64,000 nt of DNA from Mustelus asterias (Eukaryota). This document shows, one piece after another, positions 39,801 through 51,700 of this stretch. The notes beneath the pieces are model-generated. The model was not told the origin of the DNA. It saw only the letters and a program-made list of their open reading frames with translations, and searched no databases. Every line of letters begins with the position of its first letter. The first letter of the stretch is position 1. The stretch covers positions 1 to 64,000 of the forward strand of contig NW_027590264.1 in the NCBI RefSeq assembly GCF_964213995.1. The letters run 5' to 3'. Both the position numbers and the translations under genes were made by a program.

Positions 39801-41323
39801 GGTGATCAGGGGGAGAGTTAACAGAAAGCAGCTGGTGAGAATATACTGGCCGGTTTTAATTTAATCCAAATTAATGAATTAGAAACTTTTAACCTAAGGA
39901 ATTGACATCCGAGGATTTCAGTTTAAAATCCCATTGAAGCTCCGTGTCTCTTAATGGGATGTTTTTGTCTGTATTTAGTAATTAGTGACTTCATATCTCA
40001 CAGCGAGATAAATAAAACTTTTTTCCAATTGATAGGGACAGCTCAATGGACAAAACTGGTGTGAGAAAGGGGCAAATCCTTTGAAAATGGAGGCAGAGAG
40101 GAGGCTTTGTTTAACTCCCATTCTTTCCCTGTCTTCAGCAGGCTGGGCAGGAAGTGTGAGCAGAGAGGGGGGGATAGACAGACACACACTGACACAATCC
40201 CCCCAATCCACTCACTCACACATCCCCATTCCCCCTCCACTCGCTGGGTTGTGGGGAGCGGCTGCAAGGATTTTCAGGGCTGCTGTGGGGGGGTCAGGGG
40301 GTTTTTGAAATGGACGAACACGACCTACAGGGGAAAAGAAATAAAGTTTGAAACTAAACTAAAGAAACTAAAGGCAGGAGATTGCAGAATCCATTGCCTC
40401 CCTGCATTAACATATCAATAGTCAGTCTGACATTGCCACAAACTCCTCTGGGGTGAGAGGGGGAGGGGGGGTGAATTAGCATCTCAATAGAGAGACAGAC
40501 ATTGCAGACATGTCAGAGACTCAGGGTGGGGTTTGCATCCAGCACACTCAGGATAAATGTGAATCTGAGAGCCTTCAGTCTCCACACCAATAATCCCCCT
40601 GCACTGAAAACATTCCCACTCTGATTCAGTGTGTGTGTCTCAATCTGCGTTTTTACCTGTGCTTTGCTTGTGTGGACATGATGCTGAATGGACTTGAATG
40701 GAAATGCTGGACTCCTCGCTGTGATATGTTGTGTGTCTTATTGTTAAAATGGCCTTGTCTCTTTTTCTCTCTCTTTTTAACCAATTTTTATCTCTTTTTC
40801 TCCTGAGGAATTTTGAAAACTGGGGATGTGTCGAGGATCCAAAGGACGGGAATGTTTGTGACCAGGATGAGGGAGAGGAGCTTCTTCCAGAGGGAGGGCT
40901 GACTGAGGCCTGTTGCTCAGGCTTCATCCCGAGTGAGTTGTGTCTGTTTATTAACCTGATCCAGATTTAATGTTTCATATCAGAGGGAGCGAGATCTGAA
41001 TGAGAGTGGAATAGAGAGAGAGAGAGAGAAACACACAGGGAGGGAACTGTCTCAATCTCTTTAGTCTCTGCTTTACAACTGACTTGTTGTGTTTGGGTGT
41101 TACTGAGAGATTGTGTCACTGAGAGGAGATCCTGGGTTTTTTGCTGTGCTATTTAATTTAAATATTTTCTTGTATTTTAATTATTTTCTCTCTCTTTCCC
41201 CAAAAATTAATATTTAGATTTTACTGAGAGATTGTGTAACTGAGAAGGGGGAATCCTGGGCTCTTGTGCTATTTAATTTAAAGAATTCTTGTATTTTAAT
41301 TAATTATTTTCTCTTCTCCCCAG

Positions 41324-41425
41324 GAATTTGAATTTTGAAGACTGCAATGGGACTCGGAATCCTTGGACAAGGGGCTTTTCTCCAGAGGAGGATGGATGGA
41401 CTGAAGCCTGTTCTATAGGCCGCAT
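41324..41425 (+). CDS. Candidate 102-nt symmetric (phase 2-2) exon, copy 1: NLNFEDCNGTRNPWTRGFSPEEDGWTEACSIGR
   Basis: Polypyrimidine tract + CCCCAG acceptor and GTGAGT donor. Only one of the three frames is open. Confidence 0.45.
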
Positions 41426-42241
41426 GTGAGTTGTCTCTTTGTTACCCTGATCCAGGTTTAATTTTAATCTCGCTTCCTCGGATGAACCAGTTCTGGTTCG
41501 ATTGTGGGGTGTGGGGGGGCAGCTGGAGTTTGAAACCCTGGGGTTAAAATATCCCGGCTTTGCAGTTAGTCAGAAACAGGTTAACCCTTTGCTGGGTGGC
41601 AAAGAGTAAATTAAATATCTGTAATATGAAGCAGTCTGAAAGTTAGTTTTAAATCCAAGATAACAGGGGATGGGAGACAGAGCGCTGTTCCTAATTGTTG
41701 AATAAAATTCATAGAGGCCTTTACAATTCAGTTTTCAGATGTTCAGACTTTCATTGTGTCCTCTCTGCAGCTTTTCCGCCATTCTGTCTATTTCTCTCCG
41801 CTTTCTCTCTTTCTCTCCCTTTCCTTCCTCTATCTGTCTCTCTTTTCTATTCCCTCTCTCTCCCTCTTTTTCCCAGGAAGTCATATTTTGTTGGACAATC
41901 TCTCAGTAAAATCTGAGAAGGGGGAATCTTGGGCTCTTGTGCTATTTAATTTAAACATTTTCTGGTATTTTAATATATTTCTCTCTCTTTTACCCAAGAA
42001 TTAATATTTAGCTTTTACTGAGAGATTGTGTAACTGAGAAAGGGGAATCCTGGGCTCTTGTGCTATTTAATTTCAACATTTTCTTGTATTTAAATTAATT
42101 ATATTCTATCTCTTCCCAAGGAATTCATATTTAGTTAAACAATCTCTCAGTGAAATCTTAGAAGGAGGAATCCTGGGCTCTTGTGCTATTTAATTTAAAC
42201 ATTTTCTTGTACCTTAATTAATTATTTTCTCTTCTCCCCAG

Positions 42242-42343
42242 GAATTTGAATTTTGAAGACTGCAACATGACTCGGAATCCTTGGACAAGGGGCTTTTCTC
42301 CAGAGGAGGATGGATGGACTGAGGCCTGTTCTATAGGCTGCAA
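42242..42343 (+). CDS. Candidate 102-nt exon, copy 2: NLNFEDCNMTRNPWTRGFSPEEDGWTEACSIGC
   Basis: Same splice sites and same open frame as copy 1. Confidence 0.45.
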
Positions 42344-43156
42344 GTGAGTTGTCGTCTCTTTATTACCCTGATCCAGGTTTAATTTTAATCTCGCTTCCTC
42401 GGATGAACCAGTCCTGGTTCGATTGTGGGGTGGGGGGGCTGGAGTTTGAAACCCTGGGGTTAAAATATCCCGGCTTTGCAATTAGTTACAAACACATTAG
42501 CCCTTAGGTGGGTGGCAAAGAGTTAATTAAATGTCTGTGATATGAAACTGTCTCAATTTGTTTTAAATCCAAGATAACAGGGATGGGAGACAGACCGCTG
42601 TTCCTAATTGTTGAATAAAATTCACAGAGGCCTTTACAATTCAGTTTTCAGAAGTTCAAAATTTCATTTCGTCCTCTCTGCAGCTTTTCCCCCATTCTGT
42701 CTATTTCCTCTCTGCTTTCTCTCTCTCCATCCCTTTCCTTCCTCTATCTGTCTCTCTTTTTTATTCCCTCTCTCTCTCCCTCTTTTTCCCAGGAAATAAT
42801 ATTTTGTTGGACAATCTCTCAGTAAAATCTGAGAAGGGGGAATCTTGGGCTCTTGTGCTATTTAATTTAAACATTTTCTGGTATTTTAATATATTTCTCT
42901 CTCTTTTACCCAAGAATTAATATTTAGATTTTACTGAGAGATTGTGTAACTGAGAAAGGGGAATCCTGGGCTCTTGTGTATTAAATTTAAACATTTTCTT
43001 GTATTTAAATTAATTATATTCGATCTCTTCCCAAGGAATTAATATTTAGTTGGACAATCTCTCAGTGAAATCTTAGAAGGGGGAATCCTGGGCTCTTGTG
43101 CTATTTAATTTAAACATTTTCTTGTATTTTAATTAATTATTTTCTCTTCTCCCCAG

Positions 43157-43258
43157 GAATTTGAATTTTGAAGACTGCAATGTGACTCAGAATCCTTGGA
43201 CAAGGGGCTTTTCTCCAGAGGAGGATGGATGGACTGAGGCCTGTTCTATAGGCCGCAT
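43157..43258 (+). CDS. Candidate 102-nt exon, copy 3: NLNFEDCNVTQNPWTRGFSPEEDGWTEACSIGR
   Basis: Same splice sites and same open frame as copy 1. Confidence 0.45.
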
Positions 43259-43704
43259 GTGAGTTGTCGTCTCTTTATTACCCTGATCCAGGTTTAATTT
43301 TAATCTCGCTTCCTCGGATGAACCAATCCTGGTTCGATTGTGGGATGGGGTGGGGTGGAGTTTAAAACCCTGGGGTTAAAATATCCCGGCTTTGCAATTA
43401 GTCGCAAACAGGTTAACCCTTTGCTGGGTGGCAAAGAGTAAATTAAATATCTGTAATATGAAACTGTCTAAAAGTTTGATGCAAATCCAAAATAACAGGG
43501 GTGGGAGAGAGTGATTTACCCGAATGTTAAATAAGATTCACAGAGGACATTACAATTCAATTTTCTGAAGTTCAGCCATTACATTTATCTTCCCCTCTGC
43601 AGCTTTCTTCCCCATTCTATTTCGCTCTGCTTTTCTCTGTCTCTCTCTCCAGTATTTTTCCCCTATCTTCAGCTTTCTCTCCCTTCCTGTTTCTTTCCAT
43701 TCAT

Positions 43705-43895
43705 CTCTCCCTCTCGAGCATTCTTCCATATCTGTCCATCACTCACCAGAATGTCTCTCTCTCCCTCTCGAGCATTCTTCCATATCTGTCCATCACTCTC
43801 CAGAATGTCTCTCTCTCTCTCTCTCGAGCATTCTTCCATATCTGTCCATCACTCTCCAGAATGTCTCTCTCTCCCTCTCGAGCATTCTTCCATCT
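43705..43895. repeat. ~55-bp minisatellite, about 3.5 copies
   Basis: CTCGAGCATTCTTCCATATCTGTCCATCACTC..AGAATGTCTCTC starts at 43713, 43767, 43823 and 43877. Confidence 0.9.
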
Positions 43896-44389
43896 GTGGG
43901 ATCTTGCTGGGGATTTTGTTTTAAAAAGGGTGTTTTCTCAGAGGCAGTTTAAACCTTTCAGGGGACTGTGGGGAAGTCTCCAGACTTGGGACAACACACA
44001 CACAGGGTTGGGGGCTGGGGGTGGCGGGCGGGGAGGTGGGCAGTCAGGTATACTGGTATTCTGGGAGACTGATATTCCCAACAAGGGCCAGAGGTCTCAG
44101 TGCTGAAACATATTAAACTGTTCAAACAGAGGCAGGCAGAAAGCCATGAGGCTTCAGAGCTCCCTGTAGATGCAAAGGTAACTCTGTCAAAAAGTAGCCA
44201 CATGTGAAGTGGAAACACCTTCCCTCAGCTTGTTACACACTGACCTTTCCACAACCCCAACATGTTTACAAACACTCGCTGCAGTTTCTGCAAACTTTGT
44301 ATCAAACTGCCTCCCACTCTGCTCAATACTGACCCCCTCTCAACCTGGCACTGAACTAGTGTCTGAATTGAGACAGAGACACAGAGACA

Positions 44390-44700
44390 GAGGTTTTAAA
44401 GTTGAAAGTTTTAAAGTTTGATTATTAGTGTCACAAGTAAGGCTTACATTAACACTGCAATGAAGTTACTGAGAGAGACAGAGACACACAGAGACAGAGA
44501 CATAGATAAAGAGACAGAAAGAGACAGAGAGGATATTTAAAGTTTTAAAGTTTGTTTATTCGTGTCACAAGTAAGGCTTACATTAACGCTGCAGTTACTG
44601 AGAGAGACAGAAAGAGAGAGTTTTTAAAGTTGAAAGATTTAAAGTTTATTTCTTAGTGTCACAAGGCTTACATTAACACTGCAATGAAGTTAGTGAGAAA
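44390..44700 (-). mobile_element. Three tandem copies of the SINE/LINE 3' tail seen at 39505 (further plus-strand copies at ~49005-49100 and ~51650-51715)
   Basis: AAAGTTT...GTGTCACAAG(TAAG)GCTTACATTAAC(A/G)CTGCA occurs three times. Confidence 0.75.
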
Positions 44701-46829
44701 GACAGAGATAGAGGGAGCATCCAGAGTGGGTTCAGTAATACATTTATTGATCAGATATCTCTCTCTGTGACTCTTTAGCGATGAGATATTCAGCCAGGAT
44801 GGTTTCACTGACCCTCTTCAGCAGGCAGATATTCCCAAATCCAGCCCAGGTCTCAGACACACACACCACTCACACATTCCCTCTGCTCTGTCCAAGGGAA
44901 TATTTTAATCCAGGAATTTCTATTTTATATTTACAGGGTGACGGGGGGAGAAACTCAACTCAAAAATCCTGCAGTCTCTCCAAGCTGCTTTTAAATTTCA
45001 ATTCAAACCCTGGGCCACATGGGAAGCTGCAGAGATTGGGAAACTTACCAAACCCAGTTTGTGTGTGTGAGTGTCTGCAGCTTTTGTGTCTTTGAACTTG
45101 CGAGGGTGCCAGGGGGAGAATGTCACTGTCTTCACCTCTCTCTCTGCCTCTCTGTATAAAAAAAATCACCAAATTAAACCACACTCAATCATGCGACCAT
45201 ACACAATTAATTATCAAATATCTGTCTCTCTCGCTTTATCTCTGTCTCTCCCCGTCTCTCTCTCTCCCCGTCTCTCTCTCTCCCTGTCTCTTCTCGAGCA
45301 GAAACAGATGGAGACAGAGAGGCAGGGAGAGAGAGGAAGAGGGAGGGATGGAAACAGCTGGAGTTGTGGATTAGATGCAGGGGGAGAGACACAGGCTGTT
45401 AGAGGGAGGGGGGGTTTCAGTGAGGGACAGGGTCTCCAGTTTAATTCTGAGGGTCCTGAGAGAGGGATTTCACTGTCTCAGCCCCTCTCTGGCTCCCTCA
45501 CTCTGTATAAACAATTCCCAAATTTAAAAAACGCTCAACACAGCTGACTGCACTTTGTGGGATCTTGCTGTGCACCACAGGGATTTTAGTTTTAAAAAGG
45601 GTTACTTTTAAGAGGGAGTTCCGGCCTTTCTGGAGATTTGGGATGATGCAGACACACACACAGGGTAGTGAGTGGGGAAGGGGGCTCACAGCAGGCAAGA
45701 GAGTGGGGGAGGAGTGGGGGGAGGACGGTGTCCCATCTGATTCAGGTTCACATTGCTGCTGCTGCTGTGGGATCTTGCTGTGCACACACTGGGCCTGTGG
45801 CCTTTGCCTGCACTGCAACAGCGCCCACACGTTTTCTTTTCAAACAAAATCTGGCTTAGGGACCGCAAAGTGGGTTCAAGGAAAAAGCTTGAAAAGGGGT
45901 CGGGTAAATTCAAGCACTTTAATCACCGAGGCATCGTAGGCTCTCGAGCAAGTGCTGGGGAATGGGAGGAGGATAGATTGGGTTTTGATGGCCAGCATGG
46001 AGCTGGTGGGCCGAAGGGCCTGTTTCTGTGCTGTGTGACTCCAGATTCTTTTCTCTCTCTTTTCCCAGGAATTTCTATTTGGATGGGGGGGGGGGGGTAT
46101 AGAATTTCCCTGTCTCTGTCTCTCCAGTGTTCTTACCAATCCCAGCACCTCTCCCCTCCCCTCTCTCTCTCCCCAGACATTCCTGTCTATATTTCATCTT
46201 TCATTAAAATGTTTAAGAAAACACCAATGTGAATTGTTGTCAATTTAATTTGGGAAGAGAGAGAGAGAGAGAGAGGAGTGGATCCCATTTCCCACACACT
46301 CTCCTGCAGTCCTCACCCACAACATTTATTTAATCTGGCCCTCACCAGGTTGTGTGTGTGGGATCTTGCTGTGCACACAGGTGGGTTTGGCTCCCTATTC
46401 CTCGCACTGTGACCATGAGCAGAACTTTAAACAGGAAAGATTGAGGGGGAGGAGAAGGGTTGGGGAGGCGGAGGAGGCAGAGAGAGAGAGATAGAGAAAT
46501 GGAGGGAGAGCTAAACAGAGAGGGGGTGGGGGAGGTGTGAGAGGGTCTCAGGAGGGGCAGGGGGAAAGAGACACAGAGTCTGGGGGTGTCCTCCTCCACT
46601 GTGGGACTGGCAGTGGGATCTTGCTGTGCAGAATTACCTTCATTGTCATTTGAATCATTCATTCATTGACTAAGGGAGGGTGGGTGTGTGATTGTGGGAT
46701 TATAAATATTGTTACCACTCTGAGGTGATGTTTCCCTCTGCGCTATTTTGTAACCCCCTAAAGGGATACACCTCGCCTCGTAATCTTAAATAAGTATGTG
46801 AGAGACAGGAGGAAGCGACTGGTTTTAGA

Positions 46830-47010
46830 CATTCAATCCCTACAGTGCAGAAGGAGGACATTCGGCCCATCTAGTCTGTACCGACCACAATCCCACCCAG
46901 GCCCTATTCCCGTAACCCCACACTTTTAACCTGCTAATCCCCCTGACACTGGGGTCAATTTAACACGGCCAATCCACCGAACCCGCACAGCTTTGGACTG
47001 TGGGAGAAAT
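46830..47010 (-). mobile_element. HE1-like SINE 3' part
   Basis: CCCTACAGTGCAGAAGGAGGACATTCGGCCCATC...TTTGGACTGTGGGAG is the reverse of the HE1 body and tail. Confidence 0.75.
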
Positions 47011-48261
47011 TGGTAAATTAAAGCAAGATCTGACACTCTCTCCATCAGGAACAACCAAACAGGTCTTTAATTTAGACTGGGTGACAACCTTATTAAAACA
47101 ATGAACAAACTGAATAAACTCCCCAGTAGAATGCTGTTCCAAGGACAAGACTCACTCAGGAATAATGAAATAAATCATTACAGAATAGAGTCACCCTCGA
47201 ATAACCAGGCATCTGTTGGAAGTGTGAACTTCCTTCTGCTGCTTGGGTCTGGAATACTTTCTGAGTTGGTTTCTGCTTCTATTTAGATGGTGATGTGATG
47301 AAGCTGTATATATTACTGCAGGATTCAGTATCAGACTCTCCCCCCTTCAATCTAAAGAGGCAGCAAGGTCGCTCCCTCCCCGTTATTTCCCCCTGTCCCG
47401 GGTTTAAATACCTAGAATTTCCTCACAGTATTCCTGCAATTTGAGTGGCTTGAGGCTGTCACCAACGCCCCAATTTGAATGCAATTGGTTGTGTGCGTTT
47501 GAGAGCTTGTTTTAAAATCATTGGTCCAGTTCAAAGCCTGTTTTGCTCTGCTGGGACTCTGGCTGCTGCTTTGGACACAAATGTTGTAAAGGTGTGTTCT
47601 GCAGCCTGCTTTCTGCAGTTTAAAATCCCCAGCACAGAGACACAGGCTTTCTAAAGACACAACGCTGGATGGTTCGTTTTGGTTTTCTCAGCATTTCTTT
47701 TCAATATTTACATTTGTCAAACACCACATTTTTAACCTGATATACGCAACTTCATAACAATATTAGACAGGGAGAGAGAGATCGGGAGAGACAGAGAGAA
47801 AGTCACACAAAGAGAGAGAGAGAGACAGGGAGACAGAGAGAGTCACATGGAGTAATGAGGATGGGGCCTGGATGGGAATGTGGTTGGTGTAGACCTGATG
47901 GGCCGAATGGCCTCCTTCTGTACTGTAGGATTCTGTGATTCTGTAATGGGGGCTGCGTGCGGTGTGAGGGGAGGGTGGAAGGGGACAGGGGGTGGGGGAA
48001 GCACAGGTTCCCTTTTCCCCCCTCCCTCCTCCCAGGCCCTGTCCGGGAGGTTTCGGGGCTGGAGGGGATTGTTCTGGTGAACTGCCCGGGGCCTGGGGAA
48101 CCTGTTCTTTGTCCAGGATGTATAATGCAGCCTCTGTGACCAGGCCTCAATCCCAGGCCTAACCTCAGGAAGGCTTTTGCATTTTGCTCCTTTTCCAAAC
48201 AGTGCCTGTGTTTAAATCGATGGGACTCGACGGTCGAATAAAACCTGCAGCAGCCACTTTA

Positions 48262-48715
48262 ATACAAAGAACAGCACAGCACAGGAACAGGTCCTTTGGC
48301 CCTCCAAGCCTGCGCCGATCATGTTTACCTATCGAGACCAATGGCCTGTATCCCTCTCTACCCCGTTTGTTCATGTGTCTATCCAGATAAGTCTTAAATG
48401 TCACTAATGTATCTGCCCCAACCACCTCACTTGGCAGCGCATTCCAGGCCCCCACCACCCTCTGTGTAAAAACCTTCCCCGCACATCTCCACTCAACCTT
48501 TCCCCCCTTATCTTGAACTTGTTCCCCCTTGTAATTATCATTTCTGTCCTGGCAAAAAGCTCCCAACTGTTTATCCTCGCCACACCCCTCATAATTTTAT
48601 AAACTTCCAGCTGGTCGTCCCTCAGCCTCCGTCTTTCCAGGGAGAACAATCCCAGTTTATTCAATCAATCCTCACAGCCAATACCCTCCATACCAGGCAA
48701 CATCCTGGTCAACCC
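48262..48715 (-). mobile_element. CR1 LINE 3' fragment
   Basis: Minus ORFs NKLGLFSLERRRLRDD and KVFTQRVVGAWNALP; similar subfamily to the nested element at 762-1341. Confidence 0.9.
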
Positions 48716-51700
48716 TTTCATTGGATTTGGGATGTGATTGTGGGTTTTCCTGCTATATCTCTTTCTCTTCAATCTTTCTCCCGTGATTGTGAGTTATCAG
48801 GGAGGGAGAGAGAGAGAGAGAGAGAGAAAGGGATGGTAACAGAGAGAGAGAGAGAGAGGGCAAAGGCAGAGGGGCAGGGAGAGGAGAGAGATTGGAGGGG
48901 AGTGGGTTAGCTGGGGGGGGGGGGGGAGCCTCCGCTGTGCACTCACAGCCCACCCAGCTCCCCAGTCTCTGGTTCGGTGCATTAACCCACTCTGGTGCAT
49001 TAACAGGCACCAGAGTGTGGCGACTAGGAGAATTTCACAGTAACTTCATTGCAGTGTTAATGTAAGCCTTACTTGTGACTAAGAAATAAACTTTACTTTA
49101 TACTTTACTCTGAGATAAAGACCCTCACTCACAGCCTCCCAGAAGGTGGGATTTAGAAACAGCGACTGTGTAACTGAGGCTGAATCTGTGCTGTTGTGTT
49201 TGAAAATATATTTTCCTCATATTTGATGTGTTGTAAAGATATTGGAATCTGGCTGCTGCCACATTGCATTGAGAGAGAGATGTGGCTTTGCAGGAGGAGC
49301 TTCCCTCCCCATTTCCCCATGGAAATCACTGAGAAATAGCAAACGTGGCCCACAACACGTCATTATTTGAAACGGTCAGACAGAAACTTATCAGAGAGAG
49401 CATTTTAATCCCCATTCATCCCCAGACGGAGAAACAGAGCAGAGATCAGGACAGATTATCCAGAGTAGGAGAGACCGGGGCAGAGATGGGGTTTGGATAT
49501 ATATAGATCTGGGGGGAAAGCAAAAGAGACACAGAGGGGGCTGGACAGGTTCAGAGATAGAGGCAGAGAAACAGGCAGAGAGAAAGAAACAGCGAGAGAC
49601 AGAGGGAATGGGAGAGAGAGGTGTGACTGTGCTCGAAGTGGAAGGTTCCCTGTTCATATTGAATGTACAAACAGCCCCAATCCTGGAGTGACTTGTCATT
49701 ATTTTTATTTGGGGTGGGGGAAGAGATGGAGGGGGGGAGCAAGGGAGAGAGAGGGAGAAGTGTGGTTCCCTCATTGCCCACTCACTTTAGCCCAATCCTC
49801 ACTTAAAAATCACTTTGTATCTGGCCCTGCTCAGACTGTGTGTGTGGGATCTTGCTGTGCCCTCCTCCCCGCCCCATATTCCCTGCACTGTGACAGCGCC
49901 CCACACTTTAAACATGAAAAGATGGAGAGGAAGGAGGGTGGGGTAGAGAGAGAGGAACAGAGAATGGGTGGGGAGTGTGGGGGGGCTCAGTGGAGGGGGG
50001 GTAGGGGGATAGAGACAGAGGCTCTGGGGGTGGGGGGGGGTGTCCTCCTGCAGTGTGGGACTCCCTGTGGGATCCTGATTGCAGCATTCCCAGTCTCTCT
50101 CTCTCTCACTGTGAAGCACTCGGGAGGGAGAGGGAGCTGAAATTCAAATTCCTGAGCCTGGGGGGAAAGGCTTGTTCTCAATCCCAGAGTCCTGCTTGTG
50201 TTTTTAGACAGGGCGCTGGGATTTGTGGGTGTGGATGGAGAAGATTGTTCTGTTTAACTGGGGGGTGGGAGAGAGGGGGGTTTGTTCTTTCTACCGGAGG
50301 AATAATGCAGCCTCTGTGACTAGGCCTCACTTCACGGCCTAAATCTCAGCAGCACTTTTGCATTCGCTTAATTCCCCAACAGGGTTTAAGTGGCTGAATT
50401 CAATGGTTCAATAAAATGTGAAGCAGCCGCTTCAGGGTGGGATTGTGTATTTTCCAGCTCCCGCCCCCTTCTCATTTCCCTTTTGATTGTGAGTTTTATT
50501 TTAAACGGTCAGACAGAAACTTAGAGAGAGCATTTCAATCCAGATTCGCCTCGAGATAGAGAAACAGAGCAGAGATCAGGACAGGTTATCCAGAGACAGG
50601 AGCAGAGACGGGGTATTGGACAGATAGAGATCTGGGGGAAGTGTGTAAGAGACGGAGAGGGAGAAACAGAGTGAGGGGAGAGAGGTGACTGATAGAAGTG
50701 GGAACTTCATTGGGGCCTCCTGTGTTTATTCACTGGCCTGTCTCTGGAGTTAAGCCCCCAGAATGCTTTGATGTGTTTAATAAATTCAATATCGGGACAG
50801 TCAGGAGGCAGTTGGAAGTTCATTGCATTTGAAACGTGTTCCCATTTTGTCAGGGTTTAATAATGAGGAGGTGAAAATGAATGTTTCCCCCACCTCCCCA
50901 GTGAGATTGTGAATTTCAGCAAGTCCTGGGATCTTGCTGTGCCTTTTATTGTTTATAATCAGCTTTTGTTTTGTGTTTAATCAAATTTCACTTTATTTTC
51001 TCTTTCTCTCTTCCAAGGAGAATTCCTTTGGAAACTTTGGCGATGCAGAGAGCGAATAGTTTTGCCATGAGGAATCCTCGGACAAGAGCTATAACCAGAG
51101 AGAAAAATATTAATAAAAGTCCCCGTGTCTTTGTCGTTCATTTTTATTCACAGATAGACTGGTGGGGCTTTTACACGGAGGGTTAGTGGTCTGTGTGTCA
51201 GGGGGAGGGGGTATTCCCAGTGATCCCTGCTCCAATGTAATCCCACAGATTTCAATCCCTCTCCCTGAAGCTCTGTCTGTGCAACTCCCCCATCCTCAGA
51301 ACTGTTTCTCCACATCTTTCCAATCCCGGTCTCTCCCCATCCTTTATACCTCAGCCTCTCACAATGGCAGCATCTTTCCCTTTTTCTCTCCTTCTCTCTA
51401 TCTTTCACTCTCTCTGAAACTTTGTCACTCTGTCTTGCCAAAGCCCCACTTTCTATTTATCTCGACATCTCACTTTGTATCTCAGCCTCTCTGGACATCT
51501 CTCTCTCTGTGGATCATTTTATCTCAATCACAGCAGCCTCCTCTCCGTCTCTCTGCTCCCCCCTCTGTCTATCTCTGCTCCCTCTCTGTGACTCATTCTG
51601 TCTGAAGTACAGCAGCATTCTCTCTCACTCCCCATCTCTATATCTTTTCACAATAACTTCATTGCAGTGTTAATGTAAGCCTACTTGTGATTAACAAATA

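Larger units (their letters stand above)
41095..43620 (+). repeat. About 915-bp tandem triplication with internal ~122-bp AT-rich sub-repeats
   Basis: Exon copies recur at offsets of 918 and 915, and their flanks align. Confidence 0.9.

Noticed and set aside
39960-39987. 12-spaced RSS-like TGTTTTTGT...ATTAGTG
   Set aside because: The heptamer matches only CAC (3/7) and no J motif or donor follows; probably chance.
47190-47660. Possible minus-strand exons
   Set aside because: Weak splice sites, several open frames and no recognisable homology.
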